From the NCBI GenBank assembly GCA_964635905.1, contig CAZWPK010000003.1:2459-66458 (forward strand): 64,000 nucleotides of DNA, in the 5' to 3' direction. This stretch comes from an uncultured Pseudomonadales bacterium. Its GTDB lineage: Bacteria > Patescibacteriota > Microgenomatia > UBA1400 > UBA12028. Positions 35,266-44,755 of this stretch are shown in pieces. The translations under genes were made by a program, and so were the position numbers. The number at the start of each line of letters is the position of its first letter. Within the stretch, counting starts at the first letter, position 1. The notes below the pieces were generated by a model. It did not search any database, had not been told where the DNA came from, and worked only from the letters and a program-made list of their open reading frames with translations.

Positions 35266-37560
35266 CTAGGGAGATGGCCAAGAGCTGGTAATCAAGTAGT
35301 CTTCCGTTACCAAACCGTTGTTATTCCACTCCTGCCAGATTGCTTCAGTCACGAAGGGGATAAATGGATGCAGTAGCTTAAGACAGGTCATGAAAACCGT
35401 TGTTAACACATAAAAGGTTACGGCTTTATCCTCACGTGACTTCGTCTGTTCCAAGTAGTCACTGGCAAAGCGATTCCAGACAAAATCATAGATTCCTAAT
35501 GCAGCATCAGAGAATCGATACGCTTCAAGCTGGGTGGTTGTCTCTGTTACAAGTTTTTCCAGTTCGGAAAGTAGGGCAGAATCCTCTGGTGTAATCTTTT
35601 CGTTGGCCGTCGGATCCAACGTTTCGGGTTTAGAAAGCACAATAAAACGTGCGATATTCCAGAGTTTGTTGCTAAAGTTTCGGTATCCTCGGACTTTGTT
35701 TTCAGACAGGGCAATGGGATTTCCCGGTGCGGATCCTGCTACTAACGCAATCCGTAATGCATCAGCGCCATATTTTTGGACTAAATCAATAGGGTTGATT
35801 ACATTCCCTTTACTCTTACTCATCTTCGCGCCTTTTTCATCGGTGACCATGGAGTGAAGGTACACGGTAGAGAAGGGAACTTCTCCAGTGCGATAGAGCC
35901 CAAACATCAACATTCGAGCAACCCAAAAGAATAGAATATCCCACATTGTATCGAGGACTTGAGTAGGATAAAAGCGTTTGAAGTCATTCCCATCGGGAAA
36001 CCCTAACGTTGTTAACGGCCACTGTCCTGAAGAAAACCAAGTGTCAAACGTGTCCGTTTCAGGAAGGAAATCTTCCCCAGGAGAAGAATCTGAGACCACA
36101 TAGGTCGCTCCTACTGGTGCCCGCAATGTCTGGAGACCAGCTTTGATTTCATCCAGTGACACTGGGGAGGAGGACTGATGGTAAAGTTCTTCAATTGTTC
36201 CCGAGATTCGTTCGTTGTTTGCGTTTAAGAACGTGACGTGTACTAACGGGTTATCCGTGACGTTATACCAGACCGGGATTCGAATGCCCCATACAATCTG
36301 TCTTGAAATTGGCCAGTCGCGAATGTTCTCCATCCACTGAAAATAGGTTTGTTCAAAGCGTGCGGGGACAAAGGTCACTTTTTTCTCTTTTGCAGCTTTA
36401 ATGGCTGGTTTTGCAAATTCTTTCGTAGATACAAACCAGTTCGGCATGACCATGGGTTCAATATCGCCGCCAGTTTTGTAGTCTACGGCAACGTTGTGCA
36501 CATAGTTTTCATCAATCTTCTCCATCATTCCGTTTGCAATCATGTCTTCCACAACAAGCTTTCGTGCTTCCATGACTTTCTTGCCATGGTACTTTTGGGC
36601 ACGAGCGACATATTTTGGATCGGCACTAGCGATATTTTCTGGAGTCAAAAAGTAACTTAGATCCATGCGACCAGAAAAGTCGATAATAGGGGTAACGGGG
36701 AGGTGGTATCTCTTGCCCAGGGCAAAATCATGTGCGTCATGGGCTGGCGTCACTTTCATTACCCCTGTTCCAAACTCCATATCCATCTCTTCGTCAGCGA
36801 TCACATCCATTTCTACCGTCCCAAGTAAACTTTGAAACGAGATTTTCTTTCCAATCCACTCTTTGTAGCGTGGGTCGTCGGGATGCACTGCCACTGCGGT
36901 ATCGCGAAATTTTGTTTCCGGTCGAGCGGTGGCAATCACAAACGGTCCATACTTGATGTAATAGAGTGCGTCTCTGCGTTCCACATACTGCACTTCCAGA
37001 TCAGAGAAGGTGGTTCCCGATTTGGGAGAGTAGTTCACGATATAGTTATCGCGATAGACGAGACCATCGGTTACCATTTGTTGGAAGGTATCGTAGACAA
37101 CACTGACCACTTTTTTGTCTAACATGAACGTAGAGCGCGACCAATCACAGGAAAAACCCAATGACTTGAGTTGATCAAAGATGACCCCAGAATTGTCTTG
37201 AACAAACTGATGAATATCTTTATAGAGTGTCTCCCGATCAAACTGGAAACGAGACTTTCCTTGTTTGCTTAAGTGCTTCTCATACACATACTGGGTTTCA
37301 AAACCCGCATGATCCGTTCCCGGTAACCAAAGGGTGGGTTGTCCCAACATACGATGGTAACGAACCAAAATGTCCTCAATCACAAACATGGCATGTCCTG
37401 CATGCAGAGAGGCGTTCGCATTGGGAGGAGGTAACAAGATGGTATACGGATCTTTAGAGGTATCAGCGTTTAGCTGCGTGTCTGGATTAAAAGCTCCGGA
37501 TTCTTCCCAAAGTTTATAAATAGTGGACTCGTGGTCTTGAGGAGAAAAAGTTGAGGTCAT
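35266..37560 (-). CDS. valS: Valine--tRNA ligase (C-terminally short)
   Basis: PPPNANASLHAGHA, GTDHAG, DWPISRQ, DTWFSS, KMSKSKGN. Confidence 0.96.
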   Translation of the reverse strand: MTSTFSPQDHESTIYKLWEESGAFNPDTQLNADTSKDPYTILLPPPNANASLHAGHAMFVIEDILVRYHRMLGQPTLWLPGTDHAGFETQYVYEKHLSKQGKSRFQFDRETLYKDIHQFVQDNSGVIFDQLKSLGFSCDWSRSTFMLDKKVVSVVYDTFQQMVTDGLVYRDNYIVNYSPKSGTTFSDLEVQYVERRDALYYIKYGPFVIATARPETKFRDTAVAVHPDDPRYKEWIGKKISFQSLLGTVEMDVIADEEMDMEFGTGVMKVTPAHDAHDFALGKRYHLPVTPIIDFSGRMDLSYFLTPENIASADPKYVARAQKYHGKKVMEARKLVVEDMIANGMMEKIDENYVHNVAVDYKTGGDIEPMVMPNWFVSTKEFAKPAIKAAKEKKVTFVPARFEQTYFQWMENIRDWPISRQIVWGIRIPVWYNVTDNPLVHVTFLNANNERISGTIEELYHQSSSPVSLDEIKAGLQTLRAPVGATYVVSDSSPGEDFLPETDTFDTWFSSGQWPLTTLGFPDGNDFKRFYPTQVLDTMWDILFFWVARMLMFGLYRTGEVPFSTVYLHSMVTDEKGAKMSKSKGNVINPIDLVQKYGADALRIALVAGSAPGNPIALSENKVRGYRNFSNKLWNIARFIVLSKPETLDPTANEKITPEDSALLSELEKLVTETTTQLEAYRFSDAALGIYDFVWNRFASDYLEQTKSREDKAVTFYVLTTVFMTCLKLLHPFIPFVTEAIWQEWNNNGLVTEDYLITSSWPSP

Positions 37561-37568
37561 GAAAAGAA

Positions 37569-37769
37569 CTACCGCACACTTTGAGCAAACGCTTGTAATG
37601 ATTGGAATGGAATGGATTTTAGTCTAGGATCTTGGATAAATGAGGATAAGTTCGATTCGTCTCGTCTCTTGGCAGCAACTAACGCAATTAGAACTTTTAA
37701 TTGATCAGCTGAAGCTTCTGGGAAACTATTTTTTACAACGACCTCTGGAGCGATTTCGTTTGTTCTCAT
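37569..37769 (-). CDS. Small hypothetical protein
   Basis: 66-aa ORF directly upstream of valS with TAAAAT 9 nt before its ATG. Confidence 0.55.
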   Translation of the reverse strand: MRTNEIAPEVVVKNSFPEASADQLKVLIALVAAKRRDESNLSSFIQDPRLKSIPFQSLQAFAQSVR

Positions 37770-37851
37770 AGGCTTCCTATTTTACCGCTAAACGCCATAA
37801 ACGTCACCTATCTTGCGAAGAAGGGGTAAAATACTGGTAAGGAGAATTTGT

Positions 37852-38610
37852 ATGTTGCTTTTTCTTGTTGTTGTCATTGCGGTTGCATTATTATTCTGGC
37901 TTACTTCCCTCAAGCAAATTAATCAGTTTGAACGTGGAGTTGTGTACAGCTTTGGAAGATTTACTGGAATCATGGAACCAGGTTGGCGTTTCATGTGGCC
38001 GTATGTTCAACAAGTGACCAAAGTAGATATCAGAACCAAGGCAGTAGAAGTTCCGAAGCAGGAAGCCATTACCAAAGACAATGTACAAGCGAAAGTTACG
38101 GCTGTTATTTACTACAAAGTAGTTGATCCAGCCAAAGCCATCAATGAAGTCGAAAACTATTACTATGCAGTCTCACAGTTAGCACAAACGAGTATGCGTA
38201 ACGTGATTGGTTCGACAACTTTGAATCAGCTCCTCGCAGAGAAGTCTCACATTGCAGAACAAATTCAAAAAGACATTGATCGAATCTCGACCAGTTGGGG
38301 AGTCGATGTCCAAGCAGTGGAACTCAAAGACATTGAGCTCCCAGAATCAATGATCCGGACAATGGCCAAGCAGGCAGAAGCTGAACGTGAACAGAAAGCC
38401 ACAATCATTGCCTCCGAAGGGGAAGTGATTGCTGCAGAAAACCTAGCTAAAGCTGCTCAGATGATGTCTGCATCTCCAGGAGCACTACATCTGCGAACAT
38501 TAAACTCAATTAATGATATTAGTTCCGATCAAAGTAACACTGTCGTCTTTGTAACCCCAATAGAAATTCTACGTGCTATTGATGGGTTTACAAAAACTAT
38601 TCAGAAATAA
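37852..38610 (+). CDS. SPFH/band 7 stomatin-like protein
   Basis: FERGVVYSFGR, QEAITKDNV, LAQTSMRNVIG, QAEAERE, ALHLRTL. Confidence 0.93.
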   Translation: MLLFLVVVIAVALLFWLTSLKQINQFERGVVYSFGRFTGIMEPGWRFMWPYVQQVTKVDIRTKAVEVPKQEAITKDNVQAKVTAVIYYKVVDPAKAINEVENYYYAVSQLAQTSMRNVIGSTTLNQLLAEKSHIAEQIQKDIDRISTSWGVDVQAVELKDIELPESMIRTMAKQAEAEREQKATIIASEGEVIAAENLAKAAQMMSASPGALHLRTLNSINDISSDQSNTVVFVTPIEILRAIDGFTKTIQK

Positions 38611-38616
38611 TTAGTT

Positions 38617-38886
38617 TTATCTTCGACCGAGGAACGTTCTTGCAAACCAACCTGGGGGCTTTGGGCTAAAATTCAATCGGTCTGAATGATCACCTCTATC
38701 AGAGTTATCAAATTTACCTTCAGTACTAACCTGACCACCTTTTGTTCCATTGTCGAGATTATCAAGAATTCTATTTCCGGCAATATTTACAGCTTTTGTA
38801 CTTGCTGCATGATCAGCCCTGCTTAAAGCATCTGCATTAGCAGCGTCTTGACCACTAATTTCTCCATCATGTCTTCCAAATGGCAT
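38617..38886 (-). CDS. Small hydrophilic hypothetical protein with amphipathic C-terminus
   Basis: AAAGGGGA upstream of ATG 38886; ends KPPGWFARTFLGRR. Confidence 0.6.
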   Translation of the reverse strand: MPFGRHDGEISGQDAANADALSRADHAASTKAVNIAGNRILDNLDNGTKGGQVSTEGKFDNSDRGDHSDRLNFSPKPPGWFARTFLGRR

Positions 38887-38938
38887 ATCATCCCCTTTTC
38901 TCAAATATGTTACTTACAATCCAACATAACACAAAAGT

Positions 38939-40591
38939 TTATTGTGGTCCACGCAAATACACAGCTCTCCACGGAACATAGGTGGTTTTAAAGGTTTGTT
39001 CTTTCTTCTCTCCAGATGGATACGTCACCACATAGTCAAAGGAAGTGTTTAATCCAGGGGCTGCATATTCCACTTGTTTAATTTGACCAGGTTTGAGTGT
39101 GGGATCGTCTTGATAGACGGCGGCTGGAGCTGGTCGAGCACCCCATTGTTTATAATTTACGATTTCTGCTTTCCTCCCATCAGATTTACCATACAGCTCC
39201 ACATACATATATGTTTTTTTCGCATTGGCTACCGCGTTGATCAGAATTGGGGAATCAGTGTCGTTAACGAATCGCAAATCCGGATGTGGCGCATACACTG
39301 TGGCATCAAATCCAGGTTTACTGTTTTGCTCATAGTAGCTCACACGATACGAGTGACCACGCCGCTCGGTAATGGGAAGACCAGCATTCAGGATGGCACG
39401 AAAGAGAGTGGAGGAGACTTGGCAAACACCACCACCATCTCCGAGAACTGTTTGTCCTTCCTTGATGACATACGCTGGTTTAAAGCCAGTTTTGGCAGAC
39501 ACATCCCCTAAGAAGGCATTAAAGGAAAAGGTTTCTCCCGGTTGAATCAGCTTTGCGTGGATTTTTGAGGTGGTGAGTCCCACGTTATGGATACGATTCG
39601 CAATGGAGTGGGAGTAGGTACTTTCTCCAAAACCGATCTTTTCTTCGATCCCAATCGTGTTGGTTGAGGCAAGTGCGGTTTTTGGAGCCTGCGTCGTCAA
39701 TACCAGCGCAATCGGTTTTGGTTTTTCTCCCTGCTCAATTTTCTCTAGCGCTTCTTGAAGTAGTTTTTTGTTTTCGTTGGAATCCACACCGATTCCATCT
39801 TTTGGCGCAACGAATTTGGTCACAATACCATTGTCAATTGATAATTCTGGTTCGATAGGTACTGTACCAATATCTTTGGTGATGGAATCAAAAATTGTTT
39901 CCATGGCGCTGGTGGAATATCCGGTAGGAAGGGTAAGCAAGGAGAAGAGTTCAGACTGCGACAAACTTCGCGTGTAGTTTTTTGCTTGAAGAACTACTTT
40001 TGCACCCACAAACAGCTTTGCTCTATTCTCGGATGCGCTGAGCTGGTCCGGTGAAAGAACAGTTCCTGTTTCTAGAGTGACAATGGACGCGCTCGAGCTG
40101 GCATTTAGTTTGAGTGCTGCGATTATTTGTTGTGTTGCCTTGCGGTTGACTTCAACACCACGCTCACCTGGAGTAATGGTGTAGATCGGGGATTTTTTTT
40201 GATCCACCGTGATAGCGGGTGCAATCGCTGGTGTATCAATTGTGCGTGCAATTTGATCGATCCAACTTAAGACTTTTACTGTATCCAAGGGGTTATTTGG
40301 CAACGTTTCATCTGCAGAGAAAAGCAACTGTTTGATGATATCCACACCGTGTCGACTGGGCAGAAATTTGGTAATGGAGTCCTCCGAGGTTAGTGAAGCA
40401 CTCGGCGTAGCAAATTGTTGGTCTTGATAGTTAAGTGTGACCGTGGTTGGAAGAGTGGAGAGATCGTAATTTGCCTGACTGGATTGTTGACTGGCGGTAA
40501 ATGCGCCATCCGCAAAGGAACCGATGACAAACAACATCCCGATGATGATCACAACTGAAAGGAGAATGGTGAGGGGTTTTTGGCGTTGCAT
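38939..40591 (-). CDS. VanW-domain protein with putative peptidoglycan-binding repeats
   Basis: NRIHNV, PGETFSFN, GGGVCQVSSTLF, ERRGHS, DATV, DLRFVN. Start at ATG 40591, not 40768. Confidence 0.9.
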   Translation of the reverse strand: MQRQKPLTILLSVVIIIGMLFVIGSFADGAFTASQQSSQANYDLSTLPTTVTLNYQDQQFATPSASLTSEDSITKFLPSRHGVDIIKQLLFSADETLPNNPLDTVKVLSWIDQIARTIDTPAIAPAITVDQKKSPIYTITPGERGVEVNRKATQQIIAALKLNASSSASIVTLETGTVLSPDQLSASENRAKLFVGAKVVLQAKNYTRSLSQSELFSLLTLPTGYSTSAMETIFDSITKDIGTVPIEPELSIDNGIVTKFVAPKDGIGVDSNENKKLLQEALEKIEQGEKPKPIALVLTTQAPKTALASTNTIGIEEKIGFGESTYSHSIANRIHNVGLTTSKIHAKLIQPGETFSFNAFLGDVSAKTGFKPAYVIKEGQTVLGDGGGVCQVSSTLFRAILNAGLPITERRGHSYRVSYYEQNSKPGFDATVYAPHPDLRFVNDTDSPILINAVANAKKTYMYVELYGKSDGRKAEIVNYKQWGARPAPAAVYQDDPTLKPGQIKQVEYAAPGLNTSFDYVVTYPSGEKKEQTFKTTYVPWRAVYLRGPQ

Positions 40592-40664
40592 GCAGTACCA
40601 CGTTACTTCTGGTAGTGTACAATAGTACCAAGTTATTGTACCTGGTAACAATCCCACACTCACT

Positions 40665-42089
40665 ATGGAAAACGTGCCGACTTCTTCAACCCCTCCTGTA
40701 ACTGAATCTGTAGCGGAAGCAGTACCCGCTTTTGAGCCCCAAAAGCCTCCTCGCCCGTCATTACCCACCTTGCCGATTAAAAAGATAGTTATGGTTGTCG
40801 GAGTTTTGATTGTCCTCTTGCTTGTCGGGGTCGGAGCGATGTTTGCTCTGCGGATGGTGCAACAACGTCAGACGGCGCAGACCGATTCCAATCGTCAGAT
40901 CTCCTTAACTTACTGGGGACTTTGGGAAACCAACGATGCCTTAACGTCCGTTATCAAAGAATTTGAAAATCAAAACCCTGGGGTAACGATTCAATACTCT
41001 CCCCAATCTGCAAAAGATTATAACGAACGACTCCAAAGTGCCTGTGCACGATCACAGTGTCCCGATATCTTTCGTTTCCATTCAACCTGGACTGCTTCTT
41101 ATACCCAGAAGGAGTTATTAGCCCCAATTCCCGCAAAAGTCCTTTCCGCTAGTGCGTTTAACGAGCGCTACTATCCCTTCATGAGCACTGATCTGAAGAC
41201 CGCGCAGGGATATATGGGAATGCCGGTAATGTTAGATGGATTGGGTCTTTACGTGAACAAACGCATGCTGACTTCTTCAGGGAAGTCGGTCCCTGTAACC
41301 TGGGACGAGTTGCGCACCTTAGCTCGAGAGCTCACGGTACGCAATCAAGATGGTGCCCTTGAACGCGCAGGTATTTCTTTGGGAAGTGCAGAAAACGTGG
41401 ACCACTTTTCCGACATTCTTGCCATCTTAATTCTCCAAAATGGAGGGAACCCTGGAAAGCCGACGGAAGGAACTTTAGTGAGTGATGCGTTGACCTTTTA
41501 TACTCAGTTCTTCAAAGAAGATAAAGTGTGGGACGAAACCCTTCCCAATTCTACGTATGCCTTTGCCATTGAAAAATCAGCGATGTTGATAGCTCCTTCT
41601 TGGAGATCGTATGAAATTCGACAAATCAATCCGAATTTCGAATTTGAAATCTATCCTATCCCGCAGCTACCCGGGGATCCGGTAAACTGGGCAACGTACT
41701 GGGTAGAAGGGGTGTCTAAACAGTCGAAGGAACAAGAAACTGCTTGGAAATTCTTGGAATACCTTTCGCGTACGGAGACTCTTGAAAAACTTCATACCGG
41801 CATGAATGCCCAGCGCTTGCCTGCTGAGATTTATCCGCGTAAGGATATGGCAGACAAATTAATCAATGATAAATATATGGGTGCCTATGTCCGTCAGGCA
41901 TCAACAGCGAAGAGCTGGTATTTAGCTTCTCGAACCTTTGACAAAGGGATCAATGATGAACTGATTGCTTCCTACAAAGAGGCAATTACCTCTGTCAATA
42001 AAGGGTATGGGAGCCGACTAGATGACGTGATTAAGGCATTGGACGCAAGCGTAAGTACGGTACTGCAAAAGTACGGTATCCGTCCGTAA
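40665..42089 (+). CDS. Extracellular sugar-type solute-binding protein, TM-anchored
   Basis: LTYWGLWE, FENQNPGVTI, PDIF, LYVNK, PVTWDE, AWKFLEYL. Confidence 0.88.
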   Translation: MENVPTSSTPPVTESVAEAVPAFEPQKPPRPSLPTLPIKKIVMVVGVLIVLLLVGVGAMFALRMVQQRQTAQTDSNRQISLTYWGLWETNDALTSVIKEFENQNPGVTIQYSPQSAKDYNERLQSACARSQCPDIFRFHSTWTASYTQKELLAPIPAKVLSASAFNERYYPFMSTDLKTAQGYMGMPVMLDGLGLYVNKRMLTSSGKSVPVTWDELRTLARELTVRNQDGALERAGISLGSAENVDHFSDILAILILQNGGNPGKPTEGTLVSDALTFYTQFFKEDKVWDETLPNSTYAFAIEKSAMLIAPSWRSYEIRQINPNFEFEIYPIPQLPGDPVNWATYWVEGVSKQSKEQETAWKFLEYLSRTETLEKLHTGMNAQRLPAEIYPRKDMADKLINDKYMGAYVRQASTAKSWYLASRTFDKGINDELIASYKEAITSVNKGYGSRLDDVIKALDASVSTVLQKYGIRP

Positions 42090-42268
42090 GCTACTTGGGT
42101 GTACTTACTTCCCAAGCTTCTCTGAATGAAATAATTCACGCAGATATACCGCACTATCTCCGCATGGGTTTTTGACTCTGGTACGATGTCTGGACATTGT
42201 GTGTCTATCTTGTGGGTTTGCTCGAGACAAATGATATACTATCCATTCTATTTCTAGTTTAGTTACGT

Positions 42269-42781
42269 ATGCCTTTTACTTACCCACCCTACCTCAAACC
42301 GCTGGAATACTACTCTTACACCCCACAAAAGGAAGTTATTGACCGTGCCAATCAGGCAAAAGAGAGCGGCAAGAAGATTGTGATTACTTCTGGAGTGTTT
42401 GATTTACTCCATGAGGCGCATCAAGCGTATCTTAAAAAAGCCAAGGAGCAGGGAGACTGGCTCATTGTGTTACTGGAATCAGATCTTCGCACGAAAGAAT
42501 TAAAAGGGGAGGATCGCCCGGTTTGGAACCAGGACAAGCGGAAAACAGAAATTCTGAAATTGGGCTTTGTCGATGATGTTCTTATTTTGCCTCCAGAATT
42601 TAAAAATCCTCTGCGTTATGAAGAAATCGTGATCCTGCTTGCTCCAGATGTCTATGCAGTTTCTGCAAACTCTGTTGCTCTCGATCACAAGACAAAGATG
42701 ATGCAAAAATACAATGGAGAAATGCGGATTGTGTTAGAAGCAGTAGAAGGAGTGTCTACAACTGAACTGTTAAAGAAGTAA
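42269..42781 (+). CDS. Cytidylyl/adenylyltransferase (RfaE domain II / TagD-like)
   Basis: SGVFDLLHEAH, LESDLRTKELKGEDRP, GVSTT. Confidence 0.85.
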   Translation: MPFTYPPYLKPLEYYSYTPQKEVIDRANQAKESGKKIVITSGVFDLLHEAHQAYLKKAKEQGDWLIVLLESDLRTKELKGEDRPVWNQDKRKTEILKLGFVDDVLILPPEFKNPLRYEEIVILLAPDVYAVSANSVALDHKTKMMQKYNGEMRIVLEAVEGVSTTELLKK

Positions 42782-42866
42782 AGTTTCGTCCAATCTTCTG
42801 CTTGAGTTTCTTCTGGTTTTTTTCTACGCTGTAGCTCTGCCAAAAACAGTTTGGCAAAGGAGTTGT

Positions 42867-43457
42867 ATGCGACAAGTTTTCTTTGATGTTGAAACCAAAA
42901 ATACCTTTGATGATGTGGGGGGATATTTTCCTAGTAAATTAGCTCCCTCTTTTGTGGGTGTCTGTGTTCGGGATGGAGCTGAGGGGGAAGGGGAAATGAT
43001 TCAAATCTGGGAGAATGACTTTTCCAAGCTCTGGCAGCTATTTGAAACAGCAGATCTGATCGTGGGATTTAATAGTATTAATTTTGATATGGAGGTCTTA
43101 CGGCCTCTCTATCCTGGGAACGTTGACGATTTTCCTCATTTAGACTTAATGGTTCGCTTCAAGGAAGCCACAGGTCATCGTATTTCACTGGATAGTATAG
43201 CTTTGGAGACATTGGGACGAGGAAAAACAGGTCATGGATTAGATGCGATTAAGTACTACAAAGAAGGTCGTCTTGATGAACTCGCCAAGTACTGTTTGAT
43301 GGACGTGGCGATAACGCGAGACATCTATGATTGGGGACGGGCCAAAGGAAGTCTAAAGTTTAAAAACAAATGGAACCGTCTCATTGAATCTCCCATCGAC
43401 TTTTCCTTTAATGCGCCACAGTTTGCAGGGACACAAATGACCCTACTAGGTATTTAA
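42867..43457 (+). CDS. DEDD/RNase H-like 3'-5' exonuclease (YprB-like)
   Basis: FFDVET, VGFNSINFD, YCLMDV. Confidence 0.82.
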   Translation: MRQVFFDVETKNTFDDVGGYFPSKLAPSFVGVCVRDGAEGEGEMIQIWENDFSKLWQLFETADLIVGFNSINFDMEVLRPLYPGNVDDFPHLDLMVRFKEATGHRISLDSIALETLGRGKTGHGLDAIKYYKEGRLDELAKYCLMDVAITRDIYDWGRAKGSLKFKNKWNRLIESPIDFSFNAPQFAGTQMTLLGI

Positions 43458-43466
43458 GAACACAGC

Positions 43467-43949
43467 ATGACTCTTTCTTCTAAACCAGCCAAACGTTGTC
43501 ACACTGTGTGTGCCTGGGCGGTTGATCAAGATCGAGTCTTGTTGGTCCAGCATAAGAAATTGGGTATGTGGTTGGCACCAGGTGGGCATGTGGAAGAGAA
43601 TGAATTACCACATCAGGCTGCCATTCGAGAGTTTAAGGAAGAAACTGGGTTAGACTGCACGATTCTGTCCCCCAATAGTTCTTTTGTTTCAGAATCGACA
43701 GAATATTTACCACTGCCGATGTTTTGCAATTTACATACCGTCAACAAACCCCGAGGGGACGGGTTTTGTGAGCAGCATTATGCCTGGGGATATGCAGTTC
43801 GAGTTCAAGGCGACACGACTCCAACCTCAACGGACGACGGGGTAACGGATATTGCCTGGGTCAAGCGGGAAGATCTATCTAACTATTCCTTAACAGCCGA
43901 AATTCTCCAAGAAGCACTCTTCATGCTAAATCATTTCCCATCCCATTAA
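43467..43949 (+). CDS. NUDIX hydrolase
   Basis: PGGHVEENELPHQAAIREFKEETG. Confidence 0.92.
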   Translation: MTLSSKPAKRCHTVCAWAVDQDRVLLVQHKKLGMWLAPGGHVEENELPHQAAIREFKEETGLDCTILSPNSSFVSESTEYLPLPMFCNLHTVNKPRGDGFCEQHYAWGYAVRVQGDTTPTSTDDGVTDIAWVKREDLSNYSLTAEILQEALFMLNHFPSH

Positions 43950-43997
43950 TTTGGGGATATCCGGTATAATTGTCCCTCTAGAAAAGTAAAGGGTTCT

Positions 43998-44747
43998 ATG
44001 GGGAAACTTACAATTCAAAACCTTCACGTATCGATTCAAGATAAAGAAATCCTTCACGGCGTAGATTTGGAGATTAAACCAGGAGAGATCCATGCGGTCA
44101 TGGGTCCTAATGGGAGTGGAAAGAGTACGCTTGCCTATACCTTAGCAGGTCACCCTTTTTATTCCATTACCAAAGGTTCTATTCAAATGGATGACGAGGT
44201 TCTCAATGAGAAGTCTCCCGATGAACGCGCAGTTTCAGGTCTCTTTCTTGCCTTTCAATATCCTACAGAAGTAGCCGGGGTTCGGGTGAATAATTTCTTA
44301 AAGGTTGCTTATCAGCAACGCTTTGCCAATGATCCGTCAAAGAAATTTCCTACCGTTCTCGCTTTTCGAAAACATTTAGAGTCCCTCGCAGAGAGTCTCA
44401 ATGTCAAAAAAGAGTTACTCACACGGGGGTTGAATGAAGGCTTTTCAGGTGGAGAAAAAAAACGATTAGAAATTCTCCAGATGGCCGTCTTAGAACCAAA
44501 ATACGCCATCTTAGATGAGACCGACTCAGGACTCGACGTGGATGCCATTCAAGCTGTAGCAGCGGGAGCAAAACAAATTGTCAAAGAGCATCACACTGGA
44601 GTATTAATTATCACGCATTATCAACGTATCTTGCAGTTCTTGGAACCAGATTTTGTTCACGTGATGGTCAATGGCAAGATTGCCCAGAGTGGGGGACGAG
44701 AGTTTGCCCAGGCTTTAGAAAAAGACGGTTACAAAAAGTATATCTAA
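43998..44747 (+). CDS. sufC: Fe-S assembly ATPase SufC
   Basis: MGPNGSGKSTL, FLAFQYP, NEGFSGGEKKRLE, LDETDSGLD. Confidence 0.97.
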   Translation: MGKLTIQNLHVSIQDKEILHGVDLEIKPGEIHAVMGPNGSGKSTLAYTLAGHPFYSITKGSIQMDDEVLNEKSPDERAVSGLFLAFQYPTEVAGVRVNNFLKVAYQQRFANDPSKKFPTVLAFRKHLESLAESLNVKKELLTRGLNEGFSGGEKKRLEILQMAVLEPKYAILDETDSGLDVDAIQAVAAGAKQIVKEHHTGVLIITHYQRILQFLEPDFVHVMVNGKIAQSGGREFAQALEKDGYKKYI

Positions 44748-44755
44748 CACACCAC

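Noticed and set aside
40592-40768. 59-aa N-terminal extension of the VanW ORF
   Set aside because: Overlaps the divergent SBP gene; ATG 40591 directly precedes the TM helix.
42090-42268. Possible ncRNA in the SBP-cytidylyltransferase spacer
   Set aside because: Only weak hairpins and a -10 box; no recognisable RNA family.
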